A stretch of DNA of 64,000 bases. Origin: Acidobacteriota bacterium (GTDB lineage: Bacteria; Acidobacteriota; UBA890; WLXD01). The translations under genes were made by a program, and so were the position numbers. The notes under the pieces are model-generated. The model saw only the letters and a list, made by a program, of their open reading frames with translations, had not been told where the DNA came from and searched no databases. Below, piece after piece: positions 20,677 to 30,137 of the stretch. The stretch covers positions 1,600,001-1,664,000 of the forward strand of contig CAXWPH010000015.1 in assembly GCA_963666055.2 (NCBI GenBank), in the 5' to 3' direction. Position 1 is the stretch's first letter; each line of letters starts with the position of its first letter.

Positions 20677-20759
20677 CCTTGGCATCGCCCTCGTCGCTCT
20701 TCCTTGATCTCGCCAGCAAGACCCACCCGCCAGACCCATCAGAGTTTTTCAGCACCCTG

Positions 20760-22433
20760 CTAAAGCTCGAAACGCTTGAGCCGCTCGACGATGTGGTTGC
20801 AGGCGCGAACGGTCAGCGCCATGTAGGTGAGCGACGGATTCTGACACGCCGAGCTGGCCATGGCGCCGCCATCGACGACGAACAGATTCTCGACGTCGTG
20901 GCACTGGTTGTAGCCATTGAGCACCGACGTCTTCGGATCGCGGCCCATGCGCGTCGTCCCCATCTCGTGGATGCACAGCCCTGGTGGCGTGCCGACTGCG
21001 TTCATCCTGATGTCCTTGGCGCCGGCGGCCTCGAGCATCTCGGCGGCCTGCTCGGCGGCATCACGCTGCATGACGAGCTCGTTCTCGCGCCAGTGCATCT
21101 GGATGCGCAGCACGGGAATACCCCAGGCGTCGACCACATCGGGATCCAGCTCGACGTAGTTGTCCTCGTACGGGAGGCACTCACCCCACGCTCCGAGGCT
21201 CATACGCCACGGCCCGGGTCGGCTCATCGATCGCTTGAAGTCGGCGCCAAAGCCCGCCTCACTCATGCCGCGATTCCAGTCGAGGCGTGCGGCGCTGCCC
21301 TGGTACCCGTAGCCGCGTAGGAAGTCGGGGTGTTGATCCCAGACGTTGCGGAACCGGGCTATGTAGACGCCGTTGGGCCGATGGCCGAACGTCGTGCGGT
21401 CGGTCCAACCGTCGAAAGTCCCGGAGGCGCCGACGCTCATCGTGTGATCCATCAGATATCGGCCGAGCGCACCGCTCGAGTTGCCGAGCCCGTCAGGGAA
21501 CGTCGGGTTGGCGGAGTTGAGCAGAATTCTTGACGACTCCAGCGCTGCAGCCCCGAGCACTACCACCCGCCCCTTGAACTCGATTGACTCGCCGCTTTGG
21601 CGATCGATGATCAGCACGCCGGATGCCTTGCCGTTGGCGTAGGTGACATGGCGCACGACGCTGTTGGGTCGAAGCGTCATCTTGCCGGTCGCCGCCGCTG
21701 CGGGCAGCGTGGCGTTGAGGCTACTGAAGTACGACTTGGTGATGCAGCCGCGGTGGCAGGGGCCACAGTAGTGACAGGCGGCACGGCCGTTGTGATCTTG
21801 GGTGAGCACGGCGCTGCGACCGGGCGTCAGCACCCGTTTGCCGCCCCAGGCATTGCCGATCACGGCGCGCACGTGTTCCTCGACGCAGTTCAGTGGCATC
21901 GCCGGCAGGAACTGGCTGTCCGGTAGCTGGTCGAGCCCTTCCGCCTGGCCGCTGATGCCGGCGAAGCGCTCGACGTGGTCGTACCAGGGCGCCAGATCTG
22001 CGTAGCGTAGCGGCCAGTCGATACCGAATCCGTCGCGTGTCGCAGCGCCGAAGTCGATGTCCGACAGGCGGTAGCTCTGCCGCGCCCACATGATCGACTT
22101 GCCGCCGACCTGGCGGCCCCGAATCCACAGGAAAGGCTTGCCGTTGGCCTGTACGTAGGGGTTGTCGACGTCGTCGACGAAGAACTTCTCGGCGGATTCG
22201 TCGCAGGCGTAACATTCCTTCTGGACGGCCTGGCGCTCCGACTGCTTGCGGCGGTCGCGGAGCCCACGAAAACGCTTGGCAAACGGCGGAACGTGCTCTA
22301 CATAGTCGCGCTCAGGAACAATCATCGGGCCGGCCTCGAGCACCAGAGTTTCCAGCCCGGCTTCGCTGAGCTCCTTGGCCGCCCAACCTCCGGTGATTCC
22401 GGTCCCGACGACGATCGCGTCGTAGACCTTCAT
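20760..22433 (-). CDS. GMC-family flavoprotein dehydrogenase, large subunit
   Basis: VGTGITGG, GRQVGGKS, CHYCGPCHRGC, HEMGTTRMG, CQNPSLTYMAL. Confidence 0.92.
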   Translation of the reverse strand: MKVYDAIVVGTGITGGWAAKELSEAGLETLVLEAGPMIVPERDYVEHVPPFAKRFRGLRDRRKQSERQAVQKECYACDESAEKFFVDDVDNPYVQANGKPFLWIRGRQVGGKSIMWARQSYRLSDIDFGAATRDGFGIDWPLRYADLAPWYDHVERFAGISGQAEGLDQLPDSQFLPAMPLNCVEEHVRAVIGNAWGGKRVLTPGRSAVLTQDHNGRAACHYCGPCHRGCITKSYFSSLNATLPAAAATGKMTLRPNSVVRHVTYANGKASGVLIIDRQSGESIEFKGRVVVLGAAALESSRILLNSANPTFPDGLGNSSGALGRYLMDHTMSVGASGTFDGWTDRTTFGHRPNGVYIARFRNVWDQHPDFLRGYGYQGSAARLDWNRGMSEAGFGADFKRSMSRPGPWRMSLGAWGECLPYEDNYVELDPDVVDAWGIPVLRIQMHWRENELVMQRDAAEQAAEMLEAAGAKDIRMNAVGTPPGLCIHEMGTTRMGRDPKTSVLNGYNQCHDVENLFVVDGGAMASSACQNPSLTYMALTVRACNHIVERLKRFEL

Positions 22434-23050
22434 TGAGACTCCTCCAGAACACGACAAGGATCCCACTCGCCGGGAAGGAAGTTGTGCCGCAGCTCCTCGG
22501 TCATCCCCACCTCGGAGGTGAAGTACCCGACCAGCGTCCAGCGCTTCAGCTGGTAGAAGAAATGCTTCGGTGCGCTGGGCTCGGGCCGCTCGTCGGCGTC
22601 GTACGGGTCGTAGTCAGCAGCCCGGTCGGCGGCCAGCAACTCGGCTACCTCGTCGTCCATCGAGGCAGTGATCTCCACCTGTTGCGAGCTGCTGCACTGC
22701 ACGAATGAAGTGCCGAAGCTCGCTTGTGCGCGGTGCTCGAGATCGTTCATCCCGACGAGGAACGCATCGCGCTCCTCGTCCTCCATCCAATCCGTCAGCA
22801 GCGTGTCAATGAACTCCGTAACGCCCGCACCGCTGGCGCCGGGAGTGTCGGTGGCGGGAATGATGATCTCCGCGAGTACCCGTAGCGACCGCGCCTGCGC
22901 AGGCGTCAATGTCCCCAACGGTGTTGGCGCGGTGGACATGGTCTGCCGAACCGTCTGACCCAACTCGAGCAGATGGTTGAACGAGGCGGCGCCAAGCAGC
23001 GGCGTCGCTGCGACCGCGGCGAACGCCTGCAGCGCGTCACGACGATTCAA
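22430..23050 (-). CDS. Gluconate 2-dehydrogenase subunit 3 family protein (Tat-exported partner)
   Basis: NRRDAL twin-Arg, IIPATDTPGA..AGV..FID, GYFTSEVG; TTG start after GGAGG; stop overlaps the GMC start. Confidence 0.85.
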   Translation of the reverse strand: MNRRDALQAFAAVAATPLLGAASFNHLLELGQTVRQTMSTAPTPLGTLTPAQARSLRVLAEIIIPATDTPGASGAGVTEFIDTLLTDWMEDEERDAFLVGMNDLEHRAQASFGTSFVQCSSSQQVEITASMDDEVAELLAADRAADYDPYDADERPEPSAPKHFFYQLKRWTLVGYFTSEVGMTEELRHNFLPGEWDPCRVLEESQ

Positions 23051-23190
23051 GCTCGCCTCCTTGCGAATTACGGTGGGTTGCGCACAATAGGCGCCGCAAC
23101 AAGTATCACGGACCGCCGCGCGCGGTCCATAGGAGACACGCTCGGCGCGCCAGGCACACCGTGGCAAGCCGGCAGGTGAGGGCAACCGAG

Positions 23191-24747
23191 ATGATGCAGC
23201 GAACCATTCTTCGCGCGGTGCTGGGACTGGCTCTGGTGGCCAACGGCTGCGCCGCACCGGCTGACGTCGACAGCGTGCTGTTGGTAAACGCCCGGCTGAT
23301 TGATGGCACCGGCGCTGCGGCGCGCGATGCGGCGGTCAGGATCCTCGACGGGCGTATCGCGGAGGTGGGCAATCTCACGGCGCTGAACGGCGAGCAGCTC
23401 GTTGACCTCGAGGGTCTGGTGCTCGCTCCCGGCTTCATCGACACTCACAGCCACCACGACTGGGGAATCTTCGAGCGTCTCGAGGCGCGGGCGGCGGTGA
23501 GCCAGGGGATCACCACGGTGATTGTCGGCAGCGATGGTGGCTCGCACTATCCGCTCGCCGATTTCTATGCGGCGCTCGAGAAAACGCCGCCGGCCATCAA
23601 CTTTGCCTCGTACTCGGGTCACAACACCGTGCGAGCGCATGTGCTCGGCGACGACTTCCGGCGACCGGCGACCGACGAGGAGATCGCGCAGATGCAAGCG
23701 ATGGTGCGTGCCGACATGGAGGCAGGCGCGCTCGGTCTCTCCGCAGGCCTCGAATACGATCCGGGGATCTACTCAGATCCCGCCGAGGTAATCGAGCTGG
23801 CGTCGGTTGCGGCCGAATACGGCGGCCGCTATATCAGCCACATTCGAAGTGAGGATCGTTATTTCGAAAAGGCGATCGACGAGATCATCGAGATCGGCCG
23901 GCAGGCTGGTCTTCCGGTGCAGGTGTCGCACATCAAGCTGGCGATCAGGAGCCTGTGGGGACAGGCTGACCGGATCCTCGCCAAGCTCGATGCCGCCCGC
24001 GTCGAGGGCATCGACATCACCGCCGACATCTATCCGTATCCGTACTGGCAGTCGACGCTCACGGTGCTGTTTCCAGCGCGTGACTTCGAAGACCTCGCCG
24101 AGGCGCGGCGCGTGCTGGACGAGATCGTCCCCGCCGACGGTGTGCTGGTGACCACATTCGCGCCGCAGCCAGACTACGCCGGCAAGACCTTGACCGAGAT
24201 CGCTGCGCTGCGTGGCGAAGAGCCCGCCGTCGCCCTGCTGGCCTTGATTCACCAAGCCGAGGAAATGCAAGTGGCGCTCAACGATACCGACGAAGAGAGC
24301 CTGAACGTCGAGAGCATGATCGGCACCAGCATGATCGAATCGGATATCGAGGCGCTCATGCGCTGGCCGCACGCCAACTTCTGCACCGATGGGGCGCTGG
24401 CCGGCGCTCACCCGCGAGGTTTCGGCAGCTACACTCGCGTCCTCGGCCGCTACGTGCGCGAACGAGGCGTGATGTCGCTCGAGGAGGCGGTACACAAGGC
24501 GAGCGGCCTGGCCGCCGATCACATGGGCTTGTCGGATCGTGGGCGAATTGCGCCAGGAATGTGGGCCGATCTGGTGGCGTTCGATACAGAAGCTGTGATC
24601 GATCGGGCGACGACGGACGATCCGCAGGCCGTGTCGCTGGGAATCAGCCGCGTATGGGTGAACGGCGAGCTCGTTCAGTCCGTCGATGGCTTGACGGACG
24701 CCCACCCCGGCAAAGTGCTCAGGCGCGCCCGCGGCGCGATCGAATGA
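23191..24747 (+). CDS. N-acyl-D-amino-acid deacylase (D-aminoacylase) family amidohydrolase, lipoprotein
   Basis: PGFIDTHSH, QGITT, SHIRSE, SHIK, HPRGFGSY, GRIAPGMWADLV; lipobox ANGC. Confidence 0.88.
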   Translation: MMQRTILRAVLGLALVANGCAAPADVDSVLLVNARLIDGTGAAARDAAVRILDGRIAEVGNLTALNGEQLVDLEGLVLAPGFIDTHSHHDWGIFERLEARAAVSQGITTVIVGSDGGSHYPLADFYAALEKTPPAINFASYSGHNTVRAHVLGDDFRRPATDEEIAQMQAMVRADMEAGALGLSAGLEYDPGIYSDPAEVIELASVAAEYGGRYISHIRSEDRYFEKAIDEIIEIGRQAGLPVQVSHIKLAIRSLWGQADRILAKLDAARVEGIDITADIYPYPYWQSTLTVLFPARDFEDLAEARRVLDEIVPADGVLVTTFAPQPDYAGKTLTEIAALRGEEPAVALLALIHQAEEMQVALNDTDEESLNVESMIGTSMIESDIEALMRWPHANFCTDGALAGAHPRGFGSYTRVLGRYVRERGVMSLEEAVHKASGLAADHMGLSDRGRIAPGMWADLVAFDTEAVIDRATTDDPQAVSLGISRVWVNGELVQSVDGLTDAHPGKVLRRARGAIE

Positions 24748-26462
24748 GCTGCGGATCTTCACGAGGGCCGGAGATCATTCGCGGTCGCCAGCAGTGCGAC
24801 GTATGCATCGTGGGCTCCGGGGCCGGGGGCGGCATGAGTGCGAAGGTGCTCGCAGAGGCCGGCGCGCAGGTCGTGATGCTCGAGGCCGGGGGGGCGTGGG
24901 ACGCGGCCTCGGACTCCGCCATGCTCAGGTGGCCGTATGAGTCGCCACGACGCGGTGCCGCAACGCCGGAGCGCCAGTTCGGCGAGTTCAACGCCGGGCT
25001 CGGCGGTTGGTCACTTGATGGCGAGCCGTACACCGTCGCCAACGGCGACGCGTTCGACTGGTTTCGGGTACGCATGCTCGGCGGCCGGACCAACCATTGG
25101 GGTCGGATCTCGCTGCGCTTCGGCCCCGACGACTTCAAGGCACGGAGCGTCGACGGCCTCGGCGACGACTGGCCGATCTCCTACGACGACATCGCCCCCT
25201 ATTACGACAAGCTCGACCGTTTGGTCGGCTTGTTCGGGTCGCTCGAGGGCCGCCACAACGATCCCGACGGAATCTTCCAACCGCCGCCCGAGGCTCGCTG
25301 CTGGGAGAAGCTGATCCAGCGGGCTTGTGTGGGGCTCTCGATTCCCTGCATCCCAGCACGGATGTCGATTCTCACCAAGCCACACAACGGTCGCCCCGCC
25401 TGCCACTACTGCGGCCAGTGTGGTCGCGGTTGCGGAACTCACTCCAACTTCTCCACACCCTCTGTGCTATTGCCTCCGGCCCTGGCTACCGGGCGGCTCG
25501 AGGTGGTGACCCAGGCGATGGCGCGCGAGGTAACCGTCGACGGACAGGGCCATGCCAACGGCGTTGTCTATGTTGACAAGCGCACCGGCCGTGACGAACA
25601 CGTGCGCGCCCGCGTCGTGGTGTTGGCAGCGAGCGCCTGCGAGTCGGCACGGCTGCTGTTGAACTCGACGTCCGGCTTGTTTCCCGACGGGCTGGCGAAC
25701 TCCAGCGGTGTGGTGGGCAAGTACCTGACCGATACCACCGGCACCAACGTGGCCGGCTTCATCCCCGCGCTGGCCGCGGGTGTACCGCACAACGAGGACG
25801 GTGCGGGCGGTGCCCATCTCTACATGCCGTGGTGGCTCGACAATCGACAGCTCGACTTCCCGCGCGGCTACCACATCGAGATCGGGGGTGGCCGGGACCT
25901 GCCATCGTACGGGGTCATGGGCGGCATTCATCGCTACCCAGGCGGCGGTGGGTACGGGCGCGACCTCAAGAACCTGTATCGCGATTACTACGGCAGCACC
26001 GTCGGTTTCGCGGGCCGCGGCGAGATGGTCCCGAACCACAGCTGCTACTGCGAGATCGACCCTGAGGCGGTCGATCGCTGGGGAATTCCGGTGCTGAAGT
26101 TCCACTTCGAATGGAGCGACCACGAGCTTCGGCAGGTGCGACACATGCAGGAGACCTTCCGCGAGATCATCGATGCCATGGGCGGTACGCCGCTGACGCC
26201 GATGCCGGATGAGTCGGAGGGGTACGGTATCCAGCCCGGGGGGCGCATCATCCACGAGCTCGGAGTGACGCGCATGGGCGAGTCCCCGAGCAGCTCCGCG
26301 CTCAACTCTTTTTGCCAGGCGCACGACGCCCGCAACGTATTCGTCGCCGATGGCGGCCCGTTCGTGTCGCAGCCCGACAAGAACCCCACGTGGACGATCC
26401 TCGCGCTGGCCATGCGGACCAGCGAGTACATTGCCGATCAGCTGCGTCAGGGCAACCTTTGA
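24744..26462 (+). CDS. GMC-family flavoprotein dehydrogenase, large subunit
   Basis: VGSGAGGG, RMLGGRTNHWGR, CHYCGQCGRGC, IIHELG, KNPTWTILAL; ATGA overlap. Confidence 0.92.
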   Translation: MSCGSSRGPEIIRGRQQCDVCIVGSGAGGGMSAKVLAEAGAQVVMLEAGGAWDAASDSAMLRWPYESPRRGAATPERQFGEFNAGLGGWSLDGEPYTVANGDAFDWFRVRMLGGRTNHWGRISLRFGPDDFKARSVDGLGDDWPISYDDIAPYYDKLDRLVGLFGSLEGRHNDPDGIFQPPPEARCWEKLIQRACVGLSIPCIPARMSILTKPHNGRPACHYCGQCGRGCGTHSNFSTPSVLLPPALATGRLEVVTQAMAREVTVDGQGHANGVVYVDKRTGRDEHVRARVVVLAASACESARLLLNSTSGLFPDGLANSSGVVGKYLTDTTGTNVAGFIPALAAGVPHNEDGAGGAHLYMPWWLDNRQLDFPRGYHIEIGGGRDLPSYGVMGGIHRYPGGGGYGRDLKNLYRDYYGSTVGFAGRGEMVPNHSCYCEIDPEAVDRWGIPVLKFHFEWSDHELRQVRHMQETFREIIDAMGGTPLTPMPDESEGYGIQPGGRIIHELGVTRMGESPSSSALNSFCQAHDARNVFVADGGPFVSQPDKNPTWTILALAMRTSEYIADQLRQGNL

Positions 26463-27118
26463 TGAGCCAACGTCCTTCCCACCCGTCCCGCCCGCCAGTG
26501 CCGTCGGCCGCCCTCGACACGACGGACATCAGTCGCCGTCAGGCGCTCGGTCTGCTCGCATCGGCAACCGTGGGCTTTGCCTGGTCACCCGCTCAGGCGG
26601 TGCTGGCGCACGAGCGCGCTGCCGTGGCGCTGCAGCATGCCGCTGCGGCCGGTAGCTCGTACGCGCCGCGCTTCTTCACGGTGCATGAGCTGGCCACGGT
26701 TCGACAGCTTACCGACATGATCATCCCGGCCGACGAGCGCTCTGGCAGCGCTACCGACGCCGGCGTGCCCGAGTTCATGGACTTCATGATGATCGACCAA
26801 CCGGAACGTCAGGTGGCTATGCGCGGCGGGCTGGCGTGGATCGATCACCAAGCACAGGAGCGCTTCGGGCAACGCTTCGTCGACTGCACCTCGATGCAGC
26901 GCGAGCAGCTCCTCGACGACATCGCGTGGCCGGAGCGCGCCCCCCGAGAGCTTCGCCACGGGGTGGCGTTCTTCAATGCGTTCCGTGATCTCACCGCGAC
27001 CGGCTTCTGGACCAGCAAGATGGGCGTCGAAGACCTCCAGTACATGGGCAACGAGTACGTCTCACGCTGGAGCGGGTGTCCGCCGGAACAACTACGCAAG
27101 CTCGGGCTAATCGACTGA
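26462..27118 (+). CDS. Gluconate 2-dehydrogenase subunit 3 family protein
   Basis: SRRQAL twin-Arg, IIPADERSGSATDAGVPEF, GFWTSKMG..DLQYMGN. Confidence 0.85.
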   Translation: MSQRPSHPSRPPVPSAALDTTDISRRQALGLLASATVGFAWSPAQAVLAHERAAVALQHAAAAGSSYAPRFFTVHELATVRQLTDMIIPADERSGSATDAGVPEFMDFMMIDQPERQVAMRGGLAWIDHQAQERFGQRFVDCTSMQREQLLDDIAWPERAPRELRHGVAFFNAFRDLTATGFWTSKMGVEDLQYMGNEYVSRWSGCPPEQLRKLGLID

Positions 27119-27169
27119 GCGGGTGGTCGTTGCGGTCCGGTCCCTCCTGCAACGTCACCGTACTGATGA

Positions 27170-27505
27170 TCAGGAGCACCGGTCGGCAAGCGGCAGCCGG
27201 TGCCGCCGCCAACGCGACATGTGGCCGCGCAGCAGGCGAACATCTACGCCACGGTGCTCGAGAAGCTGGCGCGCTAGCCAGGCCCGTGGCCCCAGCTCGC
27301 AGTACGCGACGATCTCCGGTGCGTTCTCCAGTGACTCGGCAGTCGACGCCAGCAGTGCCCTCCAGAGCGGCGTGCGCCGGGCTCCAGGCAGGTGGCCTCG
27401 GCGATACTCCCAACGAGATCGCACGTCGAGAATGACCGGCTCCCCTTGTCCGCCAAGGCGTTCGAGCAACTCCTCTGGATCGATATCGGGCGGTGAGTTG
27501 CGCAT
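27170..27505 (-). CDS. Rhodanese-like sulfurtransferase
   Basis: ILDVRS..EY..GHLPGA, active-site loop YCELGPRA, LLRGHM..W. Confidence 0.8.
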   Translation of the reverse strand: MRNSPPDIDPEELLERLGGQGEPVILDVRSRWEYRRGHLPGARRTPLWRALLASTAESLENAPEIVAYCELGPRAWLARQLLEHRGVDVRLLRGHMSRWRRHRLPLADRCS

Positions 27506-27633
27506 GACAGTACGGTCCCGGCTGACGTGATAACTTCTGCCTCCGACCTTGGCTGGCGCCCGGGTAGGAGTGCGGTCGGGGTCCACTATACCCGTATCTA
27601 CCGCGGCCAGCGGGTACCTGGAGAAGCGAGCCG

Positions 27634-28611
27634 GTGGAGATCCTCGACGACATTCTGGGCGCGCTCGGCGACACGCCGTTGGTGCGCCTGCGGCGCTTCT
27701 GGCCGCAAGGTGCCGAGCTCGTCGCCAAGATCGAATCGTTCAATCCTGGATCGAGCGTCAAGGACCGCATCGGGCCGCCGTTGATCGCCGCCGGTGAAGA
27801 GTCTGGAGAGCTGCAGCCGGGCGGCACGATCGTCGAGCCAACCTCCGGGAATACCGGCCTGGGCCTGGCCATGGCCGCTATTCTCAAGGGCTACCGGATG
27901 GTCTGTACCGCGGCCGACAAGATTCCCAAGGAAAAGGTGGCGCTGCTGCAGGCCTTCGGTGTGGAGGTAATTCTCTGCCCTACCGAGGTAGATGCGGACG
28001 ATCCGCGCTCCTACTACAAGGTCGCCGAGCGACTGCGCGACGACGAAGGCGCTTATCTTCCCTACCAGTACTACAACCAGGCGAACCCACAGGCCCACTA
28101 CCTCACTACTGGCCCGGAGATCTGGCGCCAAACTGATGGGCGCATCACTCACTGGGTCACTGGAATGGGCACCGGCGGCACGATCAGTGGCACCGCCAAA
28201 TACCTGAAGGAACAGAACCCCGATGTTCAAGTCGTCGGCGTGGACACGGTGGGCTCGATCTACGCCTACTACAAAGAACACGGCAAGATGCCGCCGCAGG
28301 AGCAGATCCACCAGTACCTTATCGACGGGATCGGCGAGGATTTCATGCCCGAGACTGTCTGGTGGGACTACATCGACGAGGTGATCACAGTGGATGATTC
28401 GGCAGCCTATCGCGCCGTCCTCGAGTTGGCCCGCAGCGAGGCCATCTTCACCGGTTCGTCCGGGGCGGCAGCGGCTGTCGGGGCGCGCCGCGTCGCACGC
28501 AGCGCCGCGGATGACGCGCTGGTGGTGACCTTGCTTCCTGACTCCGGTGAGCGTTACCTGTCGAAGCTGAACGATACGTGGATGCACGAGCACGGGCTGC
28601 TGGACGACTGA
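27634..28611 (+). CDS. Cystathionine beta-synthase / cysteine synthase family PLP enzyme
   Basis: NPGSSVKDRIG (PLP Lys), EPTSGNTG, GMGTGGTISG, GIGEDF, PDSGERYLSK. Confidence 0.92.
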   Translation: MEILDDILGALGDTPLVRLRRFWPQGAELVAKIESFNPGSSVKDRIGPPLIAAGEESGELQPGGTIVEPTSGNTGLGLAMAAILKGYRMVCTAADKIPKEKVALLQAFGVEVILCPTEVDADDPRSYYKVAERLRDDEGAYLPYQYYNQANPQAHYLTTGPEIWRQTDGRITHWVTGMGTGGTISGTAKYLKEQNPDVQVVGVDTVGSIYAYYKEHGKMPPQEQIHQYLIDGIGEDFMPETVWWDYIDEVITVDDSAAYRAVLELARSEAIFTGSSGAAAAVGARRVARSAADDALVVTLLPDSGERYLSKLNDTWMHEHGLLDD

Positions 28612-28685
28612 GCCGGACTGCTCCTGGCCATTCCAGTAGTGTCTGAACCCCGGACGCTCTAGGATCGCGCCGTTTCCGCCACGAC

Positions 28686-28833
28686 CTAGCGGGCAGTGTT
28701 GGAGGTGTGGCGGGCCTGGCGACAGGGTCTTGTGGGGCGGAGGCAGGGAGAAAAGGAGGAGGCGATGGCTACCCCATCCTTGACGACGAACGACGTGGCG
28801 TACGCCCGCAACACACCCACCACGGCCTGCTAG
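28686..28833. mobile_element. CTAG-bounded palindromic element (MITE-like), internally deleted copy of the 58950-59228 element
   Basis: Aligns by eye with the left half of 58950-59228 (GGGCCTGGCGACAGGGTCTTG...GGAGGCGATGG.TACCCCATC..GACGACGAACGACG) and ends in CACCACGGCCTGCTAG. Confidence 0.8.
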
Positions 28834-28844
28834 GAAAGGTGCTC

Positions 28845-30137
28845 ATGCCGAGTGGCCTCAGTGGGAGCCTGGCAGCGACCCTGTTCGCCGGAGGCGTGCC
28901 CGCGGCGCTGGTTTTCATTGCGTTGCTGACGCTACGCCGCCGCTATCCGGCGATGCGGGCACTCGGGCTGCCGGCGTCTTTGCTCACCTTTGCGCTCGGC
29001 GTCGCGGTTGCCAACGTGTTGGGTGTTGGCGATATGGACCGCGGCGGTGGCGTGCTGGCGGCGGTCGTTTCGTTCTTCCTCATCGTGGTGGTGATTCGCG
29101 GCGTCATCTACTTCGGCTACGAGGTGCTGCTGAGGCGTCAATGGGACATCGAGGTGCCGCCGTTGTTGCCGCGCGTCACCCGCTTCTTTATCTACGCCGT
29201 ATCGGGCGTGATGATCGTTTCGGTGGCGTTTCCGGATGACAATCTCGGCCCGCTGCTCGCTACCAGCGCCGTTACGTCGTTGGTGTTGGGTCTTGCGCTG
29301 CAACCGATCCTGACGAACTTCTTCGCCGGCGTGGTTATCGCGCTCGAACGTCCGTTCCGCATCAACGACTGGATCCAGGTCGGCTCACACGAGGGGCGGG
29401 TAACCCAGATCACCTGGCGGACGACCTCGATCCGTACGCGCCAGAACGATACGGTCATTTTCCCCAACGCCAACATGGCGCGGGAGACCCTCACCAACTA
29501 CCTGTATCCGCACCCGCTGCACATGTCGAGAATCTATGTCGGGGCCCACTTCCTGACGCCGCCACACAAGGTCAAGGCAGCGATGCTCGCGGCCGCCAAC
29601 CAGGTCGAAGGGGTGTTGGATCGGCCGAGCGCCGAGGTCTACCTAACCAATTTCGACGACAGCTCGATCACCTACGAGCTACGCGCCTGGATCGATGACA
29701 TGGGCCCATTGCGGCGCATCGAGAGCGCGCTACGCACCCAAATTTGGGAGCAGTTCCGGCGCAACGATATCGTCATCCCGTTCCCGATCCGCACGCTCGA
29801 GATCGCGCCGCGCGGTAGCGCGACGCGTGAGCCGGGCACGCCGCCGCCAGCCAGACTGGTGGTAAGCGAGGGGCCTGGTCGCGGCGTCGCGCTCGAGCTT
29901 GCCGACGGCGAGGTTGTGGTCGGCCGCGACCCTGAGTGCGACCTGGTCATATCGGACCCCACAGCCAGCAAGAGACACTTGAGCATCGTGTGGGAAGATG
30001 AGGCGTTCCATGTGCGAGACCTCGATAGTACCCACGGCACCCGGCTCAACGGTGAGCCTGTGGACACCGCCCCGTTGAGTGATTTCGACAAGCTGCAGGT
30101 CGGCGCAGCAACGCTAGTGATCGAGATCGATGACTGA
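28845..30137 (+). CDS. MscS-family mechanosensitive channel with C-terminal FHA domain
   Basis: N-terminal TMs; MscS core LGLALQPILTNFFAG..ERPFRINDWI..EGRVTQITWRTT..IFPN, IVIPFPIR; then FHA VVGRDPECDLVISDPTASKRH..VRDLDSTHGTRLNG. Confidence 0.88.
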   Translation: MPSGLSGSLAATLFAGGVPAALVFIALLTLRRRYPAMRALGLPASLLTFALGVAVANVLGVGDMDRGGGVLAAVVSFFLIVVVIRGVIYFGYEVLLRRQWDIEVPPLLPRVTRFFIYAVSGVMIVSVAFPDDNLGPLLATSAVTSLVLGLALQPILTNFFAGVVIALERPFRINDWIQVGSHEGRVTQITWRTTSIRTRQNDTVIFPNANMARETLTNYLYPHPLHMSRIYVGAHFLTPPHKVKAAMLAAANQVEGVLDRPSAEVYLTNFDDSSITYELRAWIDDMGPLRRIESALRTQIWEQFRRNDIVIPFPIRTLEIAPRGSATREPGTPPPARLVVSEGPGRGVALELADGEVVVGRDPECDLVISDPTASKRHLSIVWEDEAFHVRDLDSTHGTRLNGEPVDTAPLSDFDKLQVGAATLVIEIDD

